A DNA stretch of 64,000 nt from Phoronis australis (Eukaryota; Animalia; Phoronida): positions 1,172,508 through 1,236,507 of the forward strand of contig NMRA01000023.1 of assembly GCA_002633005.1 (NCBI GenBank), given 5' to 3'. Each line of letters starts with the position of its first letter. Position 1 is the first letter of the stretch. Under the pieces are notes generated by a model. It was not told the origin of the DNA. It saw only the letters and a list, made by a program, of their open reading frames with translations, and did not search any database. Shown one piece after another: positions 51,301 to 64,000 of the stretch. Both the position numbers and the translations under genes were made by a program.

Positions 51301-53288
51301 ATTAATGGTTGGTATTAATAAACAGACAACAAATTTTGACGCCAATATTCTCTGAAAATCTTACCACTTTCAATTGGTATTGTTTGAAAGCGGTCCGCTT
51401 AAAATTGCTTTCTTCTCTTTCTTATGTTGAAAATTGCTCAAAATCCCGGTATTCGAAAGCTACATCAAATATGCATTTGTCATCCTCAACCAAAGTAATT
51501 TGTTTAGTGTGTCAGATGCTCCACTTTTTCCAAAATCAGATTGGTTAGAAGCTCCTCGTGATGTCACACACCATTGCTTGAAATGCATGGGGCTACATGT
51601 ACGAAATTACCTGATGTATTGTGTTTTTGAATTGAAAGCGTGATTTTGGCTAGATTTTTGTATTTCCCAAGACAGCTACTGAACTCTACCCTAGTCTGCG
51701 ACCAGGGGCGCAAGGGTGAGAATCTCACGAACACGCTAGACTGAAGACGTCGAGACGTTTGGTGAGGCATTGCAAACGAAGCACACGATCACACTATCTT
51801 CTTTAGCGCGATTCTTGCATCTGCGATGCTTATCAGAGAGCAACAGACAATTTGTAAGGGTAATGAAACGTGGTTACGTGGATGTACATTAGTTTTTGAT
51901 ATGTGTTATAGCACACCGGCGCTTACACAACATAGGACAGGGATGCAATGTCTCTGTAACAATTGCGTGTGCGCCGCGCCCCTTTCTGAGTGCTGGGCCT
52001 TGCACTATGTTTGATTTTTAACCAGCTTTACTTTGGCTCCGTCTCATTCGGCTGCTGCTGTTCACTATCTACACTACTTTGAACGCGCGATATCCTACGG
52101 ACAGACTTAGCTGTGGCCTATTGTGAATGGGGGCCTAAACAAAAAATATTTCTCATCACGTCAAGAATAAAATCGGGACACGTCGCCGGAGATTTTAGCC
52201 ACTAACAAGGGCATTTGCAAAGGCCAGGACGTTTTAAAAATAAAAACGTTTCGTAAACACGCAAGTTGATGTCAGGCGTGCAAGTTCAATGTCACAGTCC
52301 GAAGTCGAACAACACGGTCTAATTAAACCAGAGCACATGTTACGCTACAACGAAAAACTGCAGCCTTCGGTGTATTTCCCATTTGTATTTTCATCAGAAA
52401 TTTTCGTCATGCGGGACTCGGTGACTCTTTCCATAGCTAAAGCGCCAAACACAAGCTAAACGCAAGACAATCGAGTAACGGTCATGACATCGTCAAGACA
52501 AGGTAAAAATTACAAAGCCCGTTACACCAATTCTCAGATTCAAGCCTTATAGAGTAGTAATCATCCGTTGAACGCTTTAGTGACACGGGAGTTGCGTCGA
52601 TCCCAAATTAGCGTTTCTAAAATTTTCCTTGTCCGAAAGTCGCGGGGCAAAAATCCGACGTTTATGACATTGTCCGAAGTTCGAAGATCATTAAAAAACA
52701 GTTTTTGGACCTTGTACGAATTTCGTGGACTATGAAAAACTCATTTCGGAAATAATTAATTTTGGTCGAAAATGGCGGGCCGTCCGAAAATCACGCGACT
52801 TTACCGTAGCTGAAATGATTACCTTGAGATTTTGTGTGCTAGTGGTACAAGGGTAAGCTTCTCAGTGGGTTGCCAATGAAAGGTCATGGAAATGGGTCAT
52901 GGCAAAATCTTCAGTATTTGAAGAGAAAGCTTTTTAAATGAATTGAAACAGCATTGCCATGGAAGTGTCAACATAAAAATGAGTTACTACACCAGTGGTA
53001 GATACGAATACTGTGACCCCATGCATGAACCAGGCAACCCACAACATTCCTGTGCAGGATAACTTTGGATAACGTAGATTGCACTAGTACCGCCTTCTAT
53101 TGTTCGAGACTGAAACTATAATTTACGTCTGGCATTTGCACAGTGTAGGGAACAGAATGTGATTTTTTAAAGACATTTTCTTGAAAATTCAAAATCGTGG
53201 GTTATAAGGTTCATGCTTGGGGCTCCGAAACATCAACAACTGGTTAGTTTAGGATCTCAGAATCTGTCCAAATCACATAATAAATGAT

Positions 53289-53294
53289 TTTATT
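53289..53294 (-). promoter_or_regulatory. Candidate polyadenylation signal AATAAA of the tetraspanin
   Basis: TTTATT on + strand, ~1.26 kb downstream of the tetraspanin stop, at the end of an AT-rich UTR-like tract. Confidence 0.4.
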
Positions 53295-54554
53295 GACTAT
53301 GAAGCTGTACAAATTGTTCATAACAGCTCAAGGTTAACATAGTATCCACACTTTGCCTATTTTAACCAAAGCTAGGCTTAACTCGTAGATCTTGAAAAAA
53401 ACAGAGTTTGCAGGCAACAGTAGTGACAGTAAACTATAAACCACGTATGGTACGACTCCACAGAATCAAAAATACAGAAGAGAATAGTTCAAGAAAAGTT
53501 CTGTCCGTAGACATCAAAACTTGCTAACAATACCCAAATTCCAATCTAGGACTAAAAGCTGTACATATACATGTATATACAATAAATATTTACAGTAAAT
53601 AACATGATGTAGCAGTATAACACAATCTACAATATGTCAAGGAATGTTATTACAAAATTTGATACAAAATATTTTCTTCAATGTACAACTGGAATGGTCT
53701 TTGTCAAAAATTGACTTAAGAATAAAAGGCAGGCTTCAAAGTGTGCAAACCAACACACACAGAGAAGGAACATAAAAAGCCTTGTGTACAAAACACTTGA
53801 TTTTCATACTAGATAGAAATGATCGTAGTAGAATAGCAAACTGTAGATGATAAAAATTTTAATGAATAACTATTTATACCATGAGAATAAGATCTGTGAA
53901 TACTTCCACAGCAAAAAAAACAAGCTAGTAATCACTTTTGATTCTAGGCACCAGCCAATCAACAACACACTACCGAGACATTTTGAACAGGGGGTGACTT
54001 AGTTTTGCATATTGAGCAATACTTTACACATTATTAAAGTTTGAACAATTAAACTTTGAATTGAAAAATATAGCTCTGTGTCCCTCAAAAACTTACAAAT
54101 TACCAGAGATTTTCGAAACTCATTTGGCCACTGTTGTACTGAATACTCATGACTTTTTGCCCCTTTCAACTATTGCAGAAATTTAGGACCAAGTTAATGT
54201 TTTAAGATTTGAAAACGAATTAAGTTAAGGTTTTCATATGACATAATTTTAAGCCAGTGTTAAGTGATGAAGGTGGTATAAATACTTTGTTATGACAGAA
54301 CTAAATCAGAGTTAAGACCCAAGTAAAGGACATGTAAACTAAAGTGGAAGCGATACAGACTTCAGTTTAGCTGACGGTTACTGGTTTGCTGCAGTGTCCT
54401 GCTCACGGAGAATAACCTGCCCGTGCAATTAATGCAAAAAGCAACCACAGATGGAGAGAGTAAAATATTCAAGCAATCCTAAAACAGGTGGTCAATATTG
54501 CTCAGTATGCAAAACAATCGTGTTCCTCTTCAATATCACACACAAGGAAGCGCC

Positions 54555-54668
54555 CTATGTCTTCACTGTGGGGGGTTGAGCCTGCTGGTGACCTTGAAGT
54601 TCCTCCAATTCCTTGTCGCGTTGACGGATCTTCCGACACAGACACATGGAACACACCATGCCCGTGAT
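54555..54668 (-). CDS. Tetraspanin terminal coding exon
   Basis: tgtAG|ITGMVCSMCLCRKIRQRDKELEELQGHQQAQPPTVKT*. Confidence 0.9.
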   Translation of the reverse strand: MTGMVCSMCLCRKIRQRDKELEELQGHQQAQPPTVKT

Positions 54669-55259
54669 CTACAACAGAACACACCGATATGCAGATACAG
54701 AACACCAATATGTGCATACCGAACACATCGTTCCTGTGATCTACAATTTCAAGAAACCACACACCAAAATGTGGAAATTAGCTCGGTTTATTGTTTTTAA
54801 AGTGATATTAGAAATAAGAACAGTGAAATTTGACTTTTTGGCAATTTTTTGTTCGAAATGAGCAAGTACCTTTTACCACATAAGGTATATATGGAGGTAT
54901 GTACATTTCTCAGATGAGCCACAGGGCTGATCTAAATTTCAGTTTAAAAAAAAAAACAAACCTAGTCCCTTCATACAAGACAGCATGCCAAACATTAAAT
55001 GAAGTCCTTCGCGGCCAGTTAGTGACTCCATCTAGTGTCTGGTCATTGAAGTACCCCACTTCCATTTCAACTCACAGATTTTAGCGCTTGAAATGATGAC
55101 TTGCAAAGCCCAAGTTATCAAGTTCGTTTGTCAGCAGCGCATCTTCAGAAGATATCAGTCTAGCGTGACGTACAACGTGTGACCGATTATTGTTATTGAT
55201 ATAAAAATGGCCAGTGTACTGGGTCTTTAATAACTTATGTTCATAGTAATCCTACTCAC

Positions 55260-55343
55260 CATAATTAATCCAACTCCAATACCCATTGCAAAGATCAGCC
55301 ACATGTTATCAGCAATCAAGTTGTAACCCACCGTATAACAGCC
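55260..55343 (-). CDS. Tetraspanin coding exon 7 (GC, TM4 start)
   Basis: tgtAG|GCYTVGYNLIADNMWLIFAMGIGVGLIM|GTGAGT. Confidence 0.93.
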
Positions 55344-56163
55344 CTACAGAGGAGGTAGAGAGACAGAGAGAGAGAATCGTTACCAAGGAAATCATCAATC
55401 AAGACGAATGTGTTATGGTAACAAGAACTGAATAAAACACATTGTCAATATATTAATAGCAGAACGCGCACTGTTTAGCAAAGCTAAAAATCATATTCAA
55501 CCCGAAAAACAGTTTTAATTTAAATTTAAATTAAAAATTCTAGAGCAAACATCTCTGACATAAGAATTGTTCTATGATAACTCTTGATTTTCACTTTTCA
55601 TCTCTGTCGCCTATCAAACTGATTTTTATTCTATACACAATTCGCCAGCAGTCTGTATCATCAAAATTAGTGTGTTATTAATATGTTTAATAAGAAGGCA
55701 TGACTCCTCATGTCTAAAAATTGTCAAAATGTCACAGGGAAGTCTCTGACAGCTTTTTTGTGCTTTTTCCAAGTACAAGTCACACCAACTTTGCTTTCGT
55801 CACCTATAACGGACACAATATTTGTACGTGATAACGATGAATTCCATAATTTTACAATTTGAAAAAAAGGAACCACCACCTGACGTAGCATAAAATAACT
55901 GCAAATCCAACAAAACACTAACAGAACACTTGGCTCAGCAAATTTCTTGAATTTTGTCACAAAATTCTGAAAATGTCACAGAATTTCAGGCAAGCCAATT
56001 TCGTCACAGAAAGTACCCATCTCAAAGCGAATTCATTCTTGGTAACTGTTTACACAGACATCAAAAACTTATGCATCCCAAAATTTAGGAGCCTGGGTCT
56101 TCTCAACCCGTGTTGGGAAGTGTGGGACAAATACTGTCCTTGAACCTTATACAAACAGTCTAC

Positions 56164-56318
56164 CTGGTAGTGGAGGTCCATGTTATTTTTGCCCCTCTTC
56201 ACTCTCGGCGGACCAAACTGGTCCTTCATACAGTGTTCCAAGTTGTAATAGACCAGTGTCTCTCGGCTGACCACACAGCAGGAGGGCGGGACGAAGACCA
56301 TGTCGGCGTTATGGCTGA
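56164..56318 (-). CDS. Tetraspanin coding exon 6 (PxSCC)
   Basis: tgtAG|FSHNADMVFVPPSCCVV...EHCMKD...DLHYQ|GTAGAC; phase 1/0. Confidence 0.92.
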
Positions 56319-56755
56319 CTACAAGCACAAGTGGCATCTACATAGTCAACAATATGAACTTTGTTGCAAAATGCCATAGTTCATTCTAAATAAACTTGAG
56401 AATACCAAAAAATATATTTACTTCATGTTTGTGGTCGCTTAGAAATTTGACGTAACAATGCCATATCTTTCACCTCACACCAGCTATTAAGGGGGGGGAA
56501 GAAATGTTTTCTAACTTGGTTCAAAACAGAGGGAACGATTTACACTCACAAGACAAACCAGTACATTACAAACTGCATTTGAGAGGCTGTTACAGTGAAG
56601 CACAGCTTCAAAAATGATACAGGTACAGATTAAATTAACAAAATTTCCCGTTTTGATTTAATAAGATGCAAAGTCCCAAGACAATTAGTTGGAAATAACT
56701 TTAGTTTTAATCGAAGTCTGCTTATAACCAGAGCAATCAGTGCTCAACTACTCAC

Positions 56756-56843
56756 ATGGTCGACCGCCAGAGATGTTCCACTTGAACCACATGGACTCCT
56801 GGTAAACAGTCCATCCCTGGTCTTCCACAGCGCAACACTCCAA
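56756..56843 (-). CDS. Tetraspanin coding exon 5 (CC motif)
   Basis: tgtAG|LECCAVEDQGWTVYQESMWFKWNISGGRP|GTGAGT; phase 0/1. Confidence 0.92.
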
Positions 56844-57900
56844 CTACAAAAGTTTAACAGCATTAAAGAAGTAGAATACCATTGGGTGCCATAACATAAC
56901 ATAGGGAAACAGCCAAGGAGAAAATATTGTTTGCATACCGGACTTCTTTCTAGCCTTCACGCGATTCCTCAGGGTTTAGTCAAAATGCTAAGTGCTCGGG
57001 ACAAAACACATCATACTCAATTCACAAAACGACTCCAGTACTCGACTCCACTTTCTACAAACCTGTCGCAATAGGTTCATGTGAGAATTTAGTCTCAACT
57101 CATGATTCAAGTCCACCATGAGACTCAAGAACTTGATGGTACTTAGTGCTTCCTGTTATATCACTGAATTGCTAATGATGTCACTGAGACGGCAACGTAT
57201 CAGTTCGTGGAAAATTTGGTGACCTCCATCAAGATTTATTATCTTTAGAAAACACGTAAACATGTGATTACGAACATATAGGCATCGCTTATGAGAATAT
57301 ACTACGATTCAGCGTACATTAAAGATTTTAAAAGTACACACTTCTATGGGGTTGTACAAGTTATTTATGAAATTCCATCCTTACAAATGGTGACATCTGG
57401 CGTTAGAAGGGAACATAGTGGCCTTGATATGATCTGTGGTTTATTTTAAAGATCTCGTTTTCTGCATCCATTCACTATCCATCGACCAATAGAATGTGAC
57501 ATGGACGTCCCAGCTAAGCCCAACACCTTGGTTTAGCAATCACAATGGTTGCACAATGTTTGCTCGATGGAAGTGAGAATCAAGATACAGGTCTTTCCAT
57601 GATTAATGAATACACATCAAAGAAACAATACTTTACAAAGAAAAATGCCGCTACAAGACAACAAGGGGTCTGCATTTTTATAAAATGGCAACACCAACAG
57701 TGGTTGCATTCCCTTAAAGATTCAGAAAAGGCTTCAGTCAAGAGAAATTGCTCAATACAGACAGCATTTATAACTATGAACAGAATGAAAATGTAACAAG
57801 GAGGCTTTCAGTAAAGACTAACATTTTGAAGAGATAAGACTTCGCCAACAAAAATCATCACAAATGCAAAATATTATGAATAACATTCAACACAGCCTAC

Positions 57901-58020
57901 CTTAGTCTGAGCATGATCCCAAGCCACGGTGATGTCGCGGTTGATGATGCTCTGGTCCGTCTCATTACCATACCGAAATAGCAAGGTGTCGTTCATGGTG
58001 GTCTTCATGAAGTTAGCGAG
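57901..58020 (-). CDS. Tetraspanin coding exon 4 (LEL helices A/B)
   Basis: gcAG|LANFMKTTMNDTLLFRYGN...ITVAWDHAQTK|GTAGGC. Confidence 0.93.
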
Positions 58021-58751
58021 CTGCACGACACAACATGAGTAACGAATAAAGAGTAGGATAATTAAGAACAACTCACAATAAGTCAAAAAACAACAAAGAT
58101 GGTTCCGGTCTCTATTCTAACAGGCCAACTTATTTTGAGACCTGTGCTCACCGACACTGTCAAGACCTGTGTCAATTTCAGTTGTTGTATTTTTGTATGT
58201 TTGAAAAGATAAGTAAGGATTGTAAGTCGTAATTTACCAGGTGATGAGTAAAACAAACGAATCCCACATCACTTTTGCTTGTATCATGTACATTTTCTTT
58301 TTTTTAAAAGTGAGAAACAAAAAATAGTGCACCAACTTTCCTTTTTTGGCCTGATGTTCCTGTTATGTTTAGAATGTGTGTGAACACAGACAGTTCCTCA
58401 CATGTAAAGAGAAATTGCAAAAGTTGTTTTTCTCCCAAAGGCGCTGGTTCATTGCACCTTCAATTAAAATTTTAACAAGGTTGCTTACATGGTGCCAAAA
58501 ACAAACAACACAGAAAAGCTGGTTGGAATCTTGCCACTTACATTTGCAAAATATAATATAGAGCACATGAGCTATACACTGCATAGAGTGATTAGAGACA
58601 AAAAAATTGCTCATGCAGTGACCAAATTATTCCAAGTATTCAAATACACATCTCAATCAAATAGTAACGATTTTTGACAAATTAACACTTAACACAAGGC
58701 ACAGCACACTGGGTCTCTACACAGTCACTTAACACCAGATGGCGTACTCAC

Positions 58752-58826
58752 CCGTGTTCTGAAGACCACTCCCAGAACAGCAGCCACAAGGAGGACGCAG
58801 AAAATGATCAACAGAATTACAAAATA
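58752..58826 (-). CDS. Tetraspanin coding exon 3 (TM3)
   Basis: ttcAG|YFVILLIIFCVLLVAAVLGVVFRTR|GTGAGT. Confidence 0.92.
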
Positions 58827-59310
58827 CTGAAATGAAAGAGAAACTGTGAAGGAAACTAAATGAAAAGCAAAATACATGGTGTTTCAAAAGGATTAACCCA
58901 GCACAAGCATACACATGGCAATATCACATCAGGTCCGTGTTTAGTGATTGGGGGCTGTTTTATGAACTTAAAGGGGAACATTTTTATTTTTGATTTTTTT
59001 CACATCAATTTGATGTGTTTTCCTTACTACGGTAAGGTACTTTGAACTTCTAGTTGATTTTCATAAAAATTTAATTAATAAAAGCAGCGCAGCCCTTAAG
59101 TCCAGAAGTGTGGTACAGTTAACGTCACACTTCTTGTGTTGTGATCTCTTACTTTTCCATTCTAATAACTGTACTGAGTGGCAGAGAAACTCGGCCTGTT
59201 ACGTAATTTGTTGTTTAATTTAAGCAACAGTGCCAGAAAGTGAGAATGAAATCGAGGACAACAGTTCTGCCGCTCAGACTTGCAGTTTGCATTGCACAAC
59301 TTGCTCAATG

Positions 59311-59756
59311 CAGGGCTTGGAATGCCCAATGACAAAAAACGTGGAAACTTTTACGGCCAAATCATGCGCGCTACCCAGCCTTGAAATGGTCGATGTGAAC
59401 CTTTCCCCGACAAAAATCGGGAGGAAAAAAACGTTACCAACATCAGTAGCATGCGTCTGCGCCGTTTTAGCTCGTCCGTCCACTCCCAACCCACACATTT
59501 TTGGCTGCAGAGCCGTAGTATTTGTCGTCGCGGTTTACAATACCACGAGACGCCACTGAAAATCCCACCACGCTATCCCAGATGCCCCGACAATGTTGAC
59601 AACTTACGTTCCTCCGAAACATAAAGAGCAACTTCCGCTTTTCGGGGTGAACGTCGTCAAATCAGATTTTTTTTACGCGGAAATATAATAAAATGCGCGA
59701 ACAGAACATTTGAAAAAAGCGGAAATCCGCGTTTCCGCGGAAAATTCCAAGCCCTG
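59311..59756. mobile_element. MITE in a tetraspanin intron
   Basis: Perfect 13-bp TIR CAGGGCTTGGAAT / ATTCCAAGCCCTG; flanks TCAATG / TCAAAG. Confidence 0.7.
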
Positions 59757-60380
59757 TCAAAGTGTCACACTTCTGTTTTGAAGAATATTGCTTATTTTAT
59801 TTAAAATAAAATCTAAGGTTCAGAATAATTTTTAAATTAAAGTTCAGTGATATATGCCAAATTGACCAAAAATATCTTCAAAGGGTAACATTCCCCTTGA
59901 ACATTTAAGTAACACATGAATGAGAACTCTGATAAAAATACAGCTTTGCTGAAGATCAGCTTCCGCAAGGACAGCAGAAATAATGCAGCGGCTTCAGTGA
60001 AGACAGAAACAAGAACATAAATCAAAGAACAGGCAGCGAAATACACTTTGTGGTTACAAAAACATCATGGTTCCAACTCATATTGTCTTTTCAGTATCCA
60101 TAAGTTTCCATAGAGTTTTCCAGCATATAATATTAATTATAAAATTAAACCAAATATTCGGTAATAAAGCCAATGACTGCTGCCACATACAAATGAATGC
60201 ATGATCTCCTATTGTGACTTGTAGAATAAAGATTTCATATACTTGTGAAATTTCCCATAAGACTTTCACATGCATGAAATATTTTCGGGTTTTCCATTAT
60301 GCAAAGGAGCTATGAACACACTGCTCCAAGATTTCTCTGAGAACAGAACAGGTCAATTCTAATTAAAATAAAGTATGTAC

Positions 60381-60578
60381 CGTCACCAACATCCACTGCC
60401 GCTCCCTGAGCGCTCCAAAACAGCCCATGAAAGCAATGATAATGATGATGCAGGCCCCGGCCAGTAGGACATAACCTGCGATCGTGTAGTCAAAGCCGCC
60501 GGTGCCAATGATCGATGACAGGAATGTCTGGTCCACTGCCATCCACACCCCGATGGCGAGGACAATAAGACCCAGGAC
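60381..60578 (-). CDS. Tetraspanin coding exon 2 (TM1 end, TM2)
   Basis: VLGLIVLAIGVWMAVD...FMGCFGALRERQWMLVT|GTACAT. Confidence 0.95.
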
Positions 60579-62445
60579 CTGAAGTGTGAAAGAGGCATTA
60601 ACTGAGGGTTAGCTAGGTCTAAGATTTTGTACATGGGCACCAACTCCATTGATATTCCTGCAATCAAACTTGGCGCAGCACAATGTATGAGAAGTTCTGA
60701 GCCATGTTTAAAAGCCAGAGTTTTTCTCCCCTGCAACACAATTAATAACTATAGTATAATAGTGTTGCACAGGAGGACTTGTTTTTTATTACGAACAATA
60801 GCGACATGCCCAGCAAGTGTAATTGCAGTTGTTTCTGTGAAAATAAAACTGAGATTCACATACACGATGGCGGATGCACAACTTGCACAATGTTTGAAAT
60901 TTTACTGACAGAAGAATCCTGAACTCGTATCCAATTTACAGGCAAATATCACAAATAGGACCTCCACTAGGTGATGTTAGTAACGCAGAGGTCCCACTTG
61001 TATACACGCATGCCTACAGGAAGTCACCTGGTACCCATGTGATCTGCTTCAAGTTCTTACTGTCTCTGTCCTTAGTGCCACCACATGGATACCGAAACAC
61101 ATATCCCGAAGACAGTCATCATTTCAACACAGTCAAAGTAGAACACAAGCCCAGAAGTCCATTTCTAGTCTCAGACATTATGTGACATTTCCTGCTTGAG
61201 CAAACAGTGGCGGCAGACTGGTAGTCTAATACGCAACACTTGAAAATTATCATTCGGCCACAAGAAAACTATTTCAAGTAATGGTGCTTGTGGGATAACA
61301 CATTGTGAAACTTTTAATAAAGTTGAGCACTTCAATCAGCCAACATGGTTACATCATGACTACTTAACTTGGTTGGATACTTATGGCAAGCTTTATCAAA
61401 TCACGACATTAATTTTCGGAAGAGGCATTTTTGATAAAAAGGCATGGGGAACAAGATATTTGTGTGGAACATGTTGATATTTCCACATATCTATATACCG
61501 ATGACTTCTTTCATCACCCAACTTGTTCTGTACTCGTCAGATTTTGCTACTGTATATCAGTTCACTTGGTTAAAACAACTACCTCTGATAATGCTTTGTT
61601 TACAAAATTTAGGCAAAGCTGTGTTCCAAAAGATAACTACCTTCTCTGGCTTATCTGTAAATGGTCATTTATTTATTTACGCAAGTCTAGTTGCACCCTT
61701 TAACTTTTACTCAATTCCTAATAATCCGGCTACATTAATCGATCACAGAAGTGATGACCACTACACTCGTTATTTTTGTTACAGTTTTTGTTTTTGTAAA
61801 TATACATAGAAATAATTCTCTGGAGAGAATAGGATCACTTAACCCAAAAGGTTGGTGGCTCGATTTCCTAGCTGAACCAATAAATAAGTATTTGTAAATG
61901 CCTTCCAACTTTTGAAATTGTACATTGTATCAACCAATCTCAACATTTCACTTTTAAGAGGTTGCCCATTTTTTAAACCTCTGGTGACCTTGGGCACTTG
62001 ATTTTTTTCTACAACTGGAATATGATGGGAATGGATCTCATTTATGATTTTATACTTGAAGTTGGCCATATCTGATCTGCCAAAGCAGCATTCAATATTG
62101 ACAGGTCCTCTTGTGCTACGTGCCTGGCAGATGGTTGACCTCCCCATAGCCTTCTGTGTGCTTCACTTAACGTGACGTTAACTGACAGTAAATTCAATTT
62201 AGGAATGTATGCCAATTCAGCAAACAATTGATTACGAGAGTGTTTGTTTGAGCTGGAAGGATTTAAAGACTCTAACATTCTCCAAAGGTGTGCATCTACA
62301 CTACAAATGTAGACAAAGTAACACGACAGAGAGTTTTGTCTGTGTTAAGGCTGTAAAGCATAATTTGCAGAAAATCCTTTAGCACATAAAATGGATTGTG
62401 ATGTATAATAGCTTTCAAAGAACACACAGCGAGGCGCACGCTTAC

Positions 62446-62520
62446 CAAGAATATTAGGTTGAACGCAAAAACTGAATACTTCAGGCATTGTAAACCTTGG
62501 CCTTCCCTTAATAACGCCAT
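62446..62520 (-). CDS. Tetraspanin coding exon 1
   Basis: MALLREGQGLQCLKYSVFAFNLIFL|GTAAGC; acceptor at 62536-62537 implies an upstream non-coding exon. Confidence 0.93.
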
Positions 62521-64000
62521 GGTGGGTCTGTTCACCTGGAAATAGATATTTTCAAAAAGCATGAAACAAACTAAAATAATAACGAAGACTTGAGAGGAGC
62601 TTCAAATGTGAATATCAATGTTACTTGCAGGAAGTTCAGAAAGAGCACACAAAATGCGACGCAAATGGAAACAAGTGACTGAAAAGTAGGTCAGCTTGTT
62701 TTCACCAGTATCAGCCATCGCAAAAGTATTAAATCAGCTCAAGTGGCCAACACTCAAACCAGCTTTTCTGGCATGCATATCCCTAACTGTTTGAAGACAA
62801 CATATACTGTTCCCAGCCTACACTCAATGTTTCATATATTTTAGGTGTTTTGGAGAGAGTATGCGGATAGAGTTTACGAAATATGACTCATAACACAGTT
62901 AACCTGATCGTAAAAAATAGGTCACGAAAAATACGTAGCATTTTGAGACATTTTCTCAAATATCATACAGAATTAGAGCATTGAATATTTTCTTGAAGAA
63001 AATTGATTCTATTACATCAAATAACAGGCCTAATTATTGTTTTCATTAAGAGTTACTTTTAAAATTTTACCAAAAATTGACTCACCCCTTCACCCACAAC
63101 GGACTTCGCGCTCTTTAGCGATTGAAGATAGTAAGTTACAATCCTTTCAGGGGGAGGTAATTCTCTTCTAATGTGATAACTTGTAGATTTTATGTTAAAA
63201 TTCGTATTTTTTGTTTCTTCTTAATGGTTCTGGAGACAAAATAAAATAAATTAATATCGTTTTCCCCTATAAATATTTTTTTTTACCGAATAATTCCTTA
63301 TCATATGCTTCTTGCGAAGAACACACATTTTGATGACGTAGAACGCGTACATGTGCGAAATTTTGACAAACAGAACACAATGGCAGAACACATGGAGGTA
63401 ACTAATGTACGAGTTTAGAGGAGTTAATTTCCTTCAGATTACTATTATGTCAGCAAAAATAACGACATGTGTTAACCAACCACAATAAGAGACTAGATTA
63501 ATTGAACGTTGTCGCCTTTCTTTTAGGCTTCAAGCACAAATGGTCACGGCGATGATTCTTCCAAAGATCCGACCGAGATGACTTCAAAAGACTATTACTT
63601 CGATTCCTACGCTCATTTCGGAATCCATGAGGTATATTTTCGTGAGCTGTATTGTAAAGTAAATCCTGTATTGGTTCGTGTGTCAGCTACTTAGTTTGAA
63701 AGTCAGTTACTTTTATCATTTTAATTAGTGATTAGTCAGTTTAGAGTTATGTGAATGCTTTATCAATATCAAGCCAATGTGAGTCTTTTACGTGATGTCT
63801 AGTGGCACAAAACTGCCACTTGTTAATCAGTCCTGGTAATTATTTACAATATGACGACTTTGACTTACACATATGATTTTGGTATCGTTCGATTCCTTTC
63901 ATCGTTATCTTTCCAAAAATATATGAATATATCCCCTACCCAGGGCTTCATCTAGGATTTCGAACATAGGGTGTCCAAAATGGGTTCTCAATATTCCAGG

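Larger units (their letters stand above)
54555..62520 (-). other. Tetraspanin gene (6-Cys large extracellular loop), ~302 aa (gene span)
   Basis: Coding exons 62520-62446, 60578-60381, 58826-58752, 58020-57901, 56843-56756, 56318-56164, 55343-55260 and 54668-54555 are all GT-AG and phase-consistent. Kozak context is CCCACCATGG; motifs are CLKY..F.FN, GCFGA.RE, CC, PPSCC and GC. Confidence 0.95.

Noticed and set aside
55120-55150. Additional hammerhead cores (minus-strand CTGAAGA here; also 48494 and 51741 on +)
   Set aside because: None has a pairable stem II followed by GAAA and an NUH triplet.
59837-60046. Hydrophobic ORF as the tetraspanin TM3 exon
   Set aside because: It has no phase-0 acceptor; 58826-58752 fits TM3 with canonical splice sites.
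3922-62520. TRPC, GPCR and tetraspanin as a functional signalling cluster
   Set aside because: Proximity in an animal genome is not evidence of shared function; conserved synteny or co-expression would be needed and cannot be seen here.

Overview
AT-rich, intron-containing animal genomic DNA; the repeat content suggests a marine invertebrate, but I cannot name the species. It holds three host genes. (1) The 3' ~695 codons of a divergent canonical TRP (TRPC-type) channel on + strand, in 10 phase-consistent GT-AG exons from 3922 to 28525; the ankyrin-repeat exons lie upstream of the window. (2) A single-coding-exon class A GPCR of the FMRFamide/sex-peptide-receptor-like group (47140-48309, +). 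(3) A complete 8-coding-exon, ~302-aa tetraspanin on - strand (62520-54555). Introns and intergenic DNA contain two Academ (AcademX-type) DNA-transposon relics, an ISL2EU-like element, MITEs, a Penelope-like GIY-YIG relic ending in a minimal hammerhead ribozyme, microsatellites and a 1.7-kb 22-bp minisatellite. The most unusual signals are small fold-back insertions with ~12-bp target duplications. One carries a well-formed hammerhead topology with a double core substitution (CUGCUGA...GCAA); another combines a tRNA-derived Pol III cassette with a pseudo-LTR-like layout. All calls come from reading the sequence; no searches were run.
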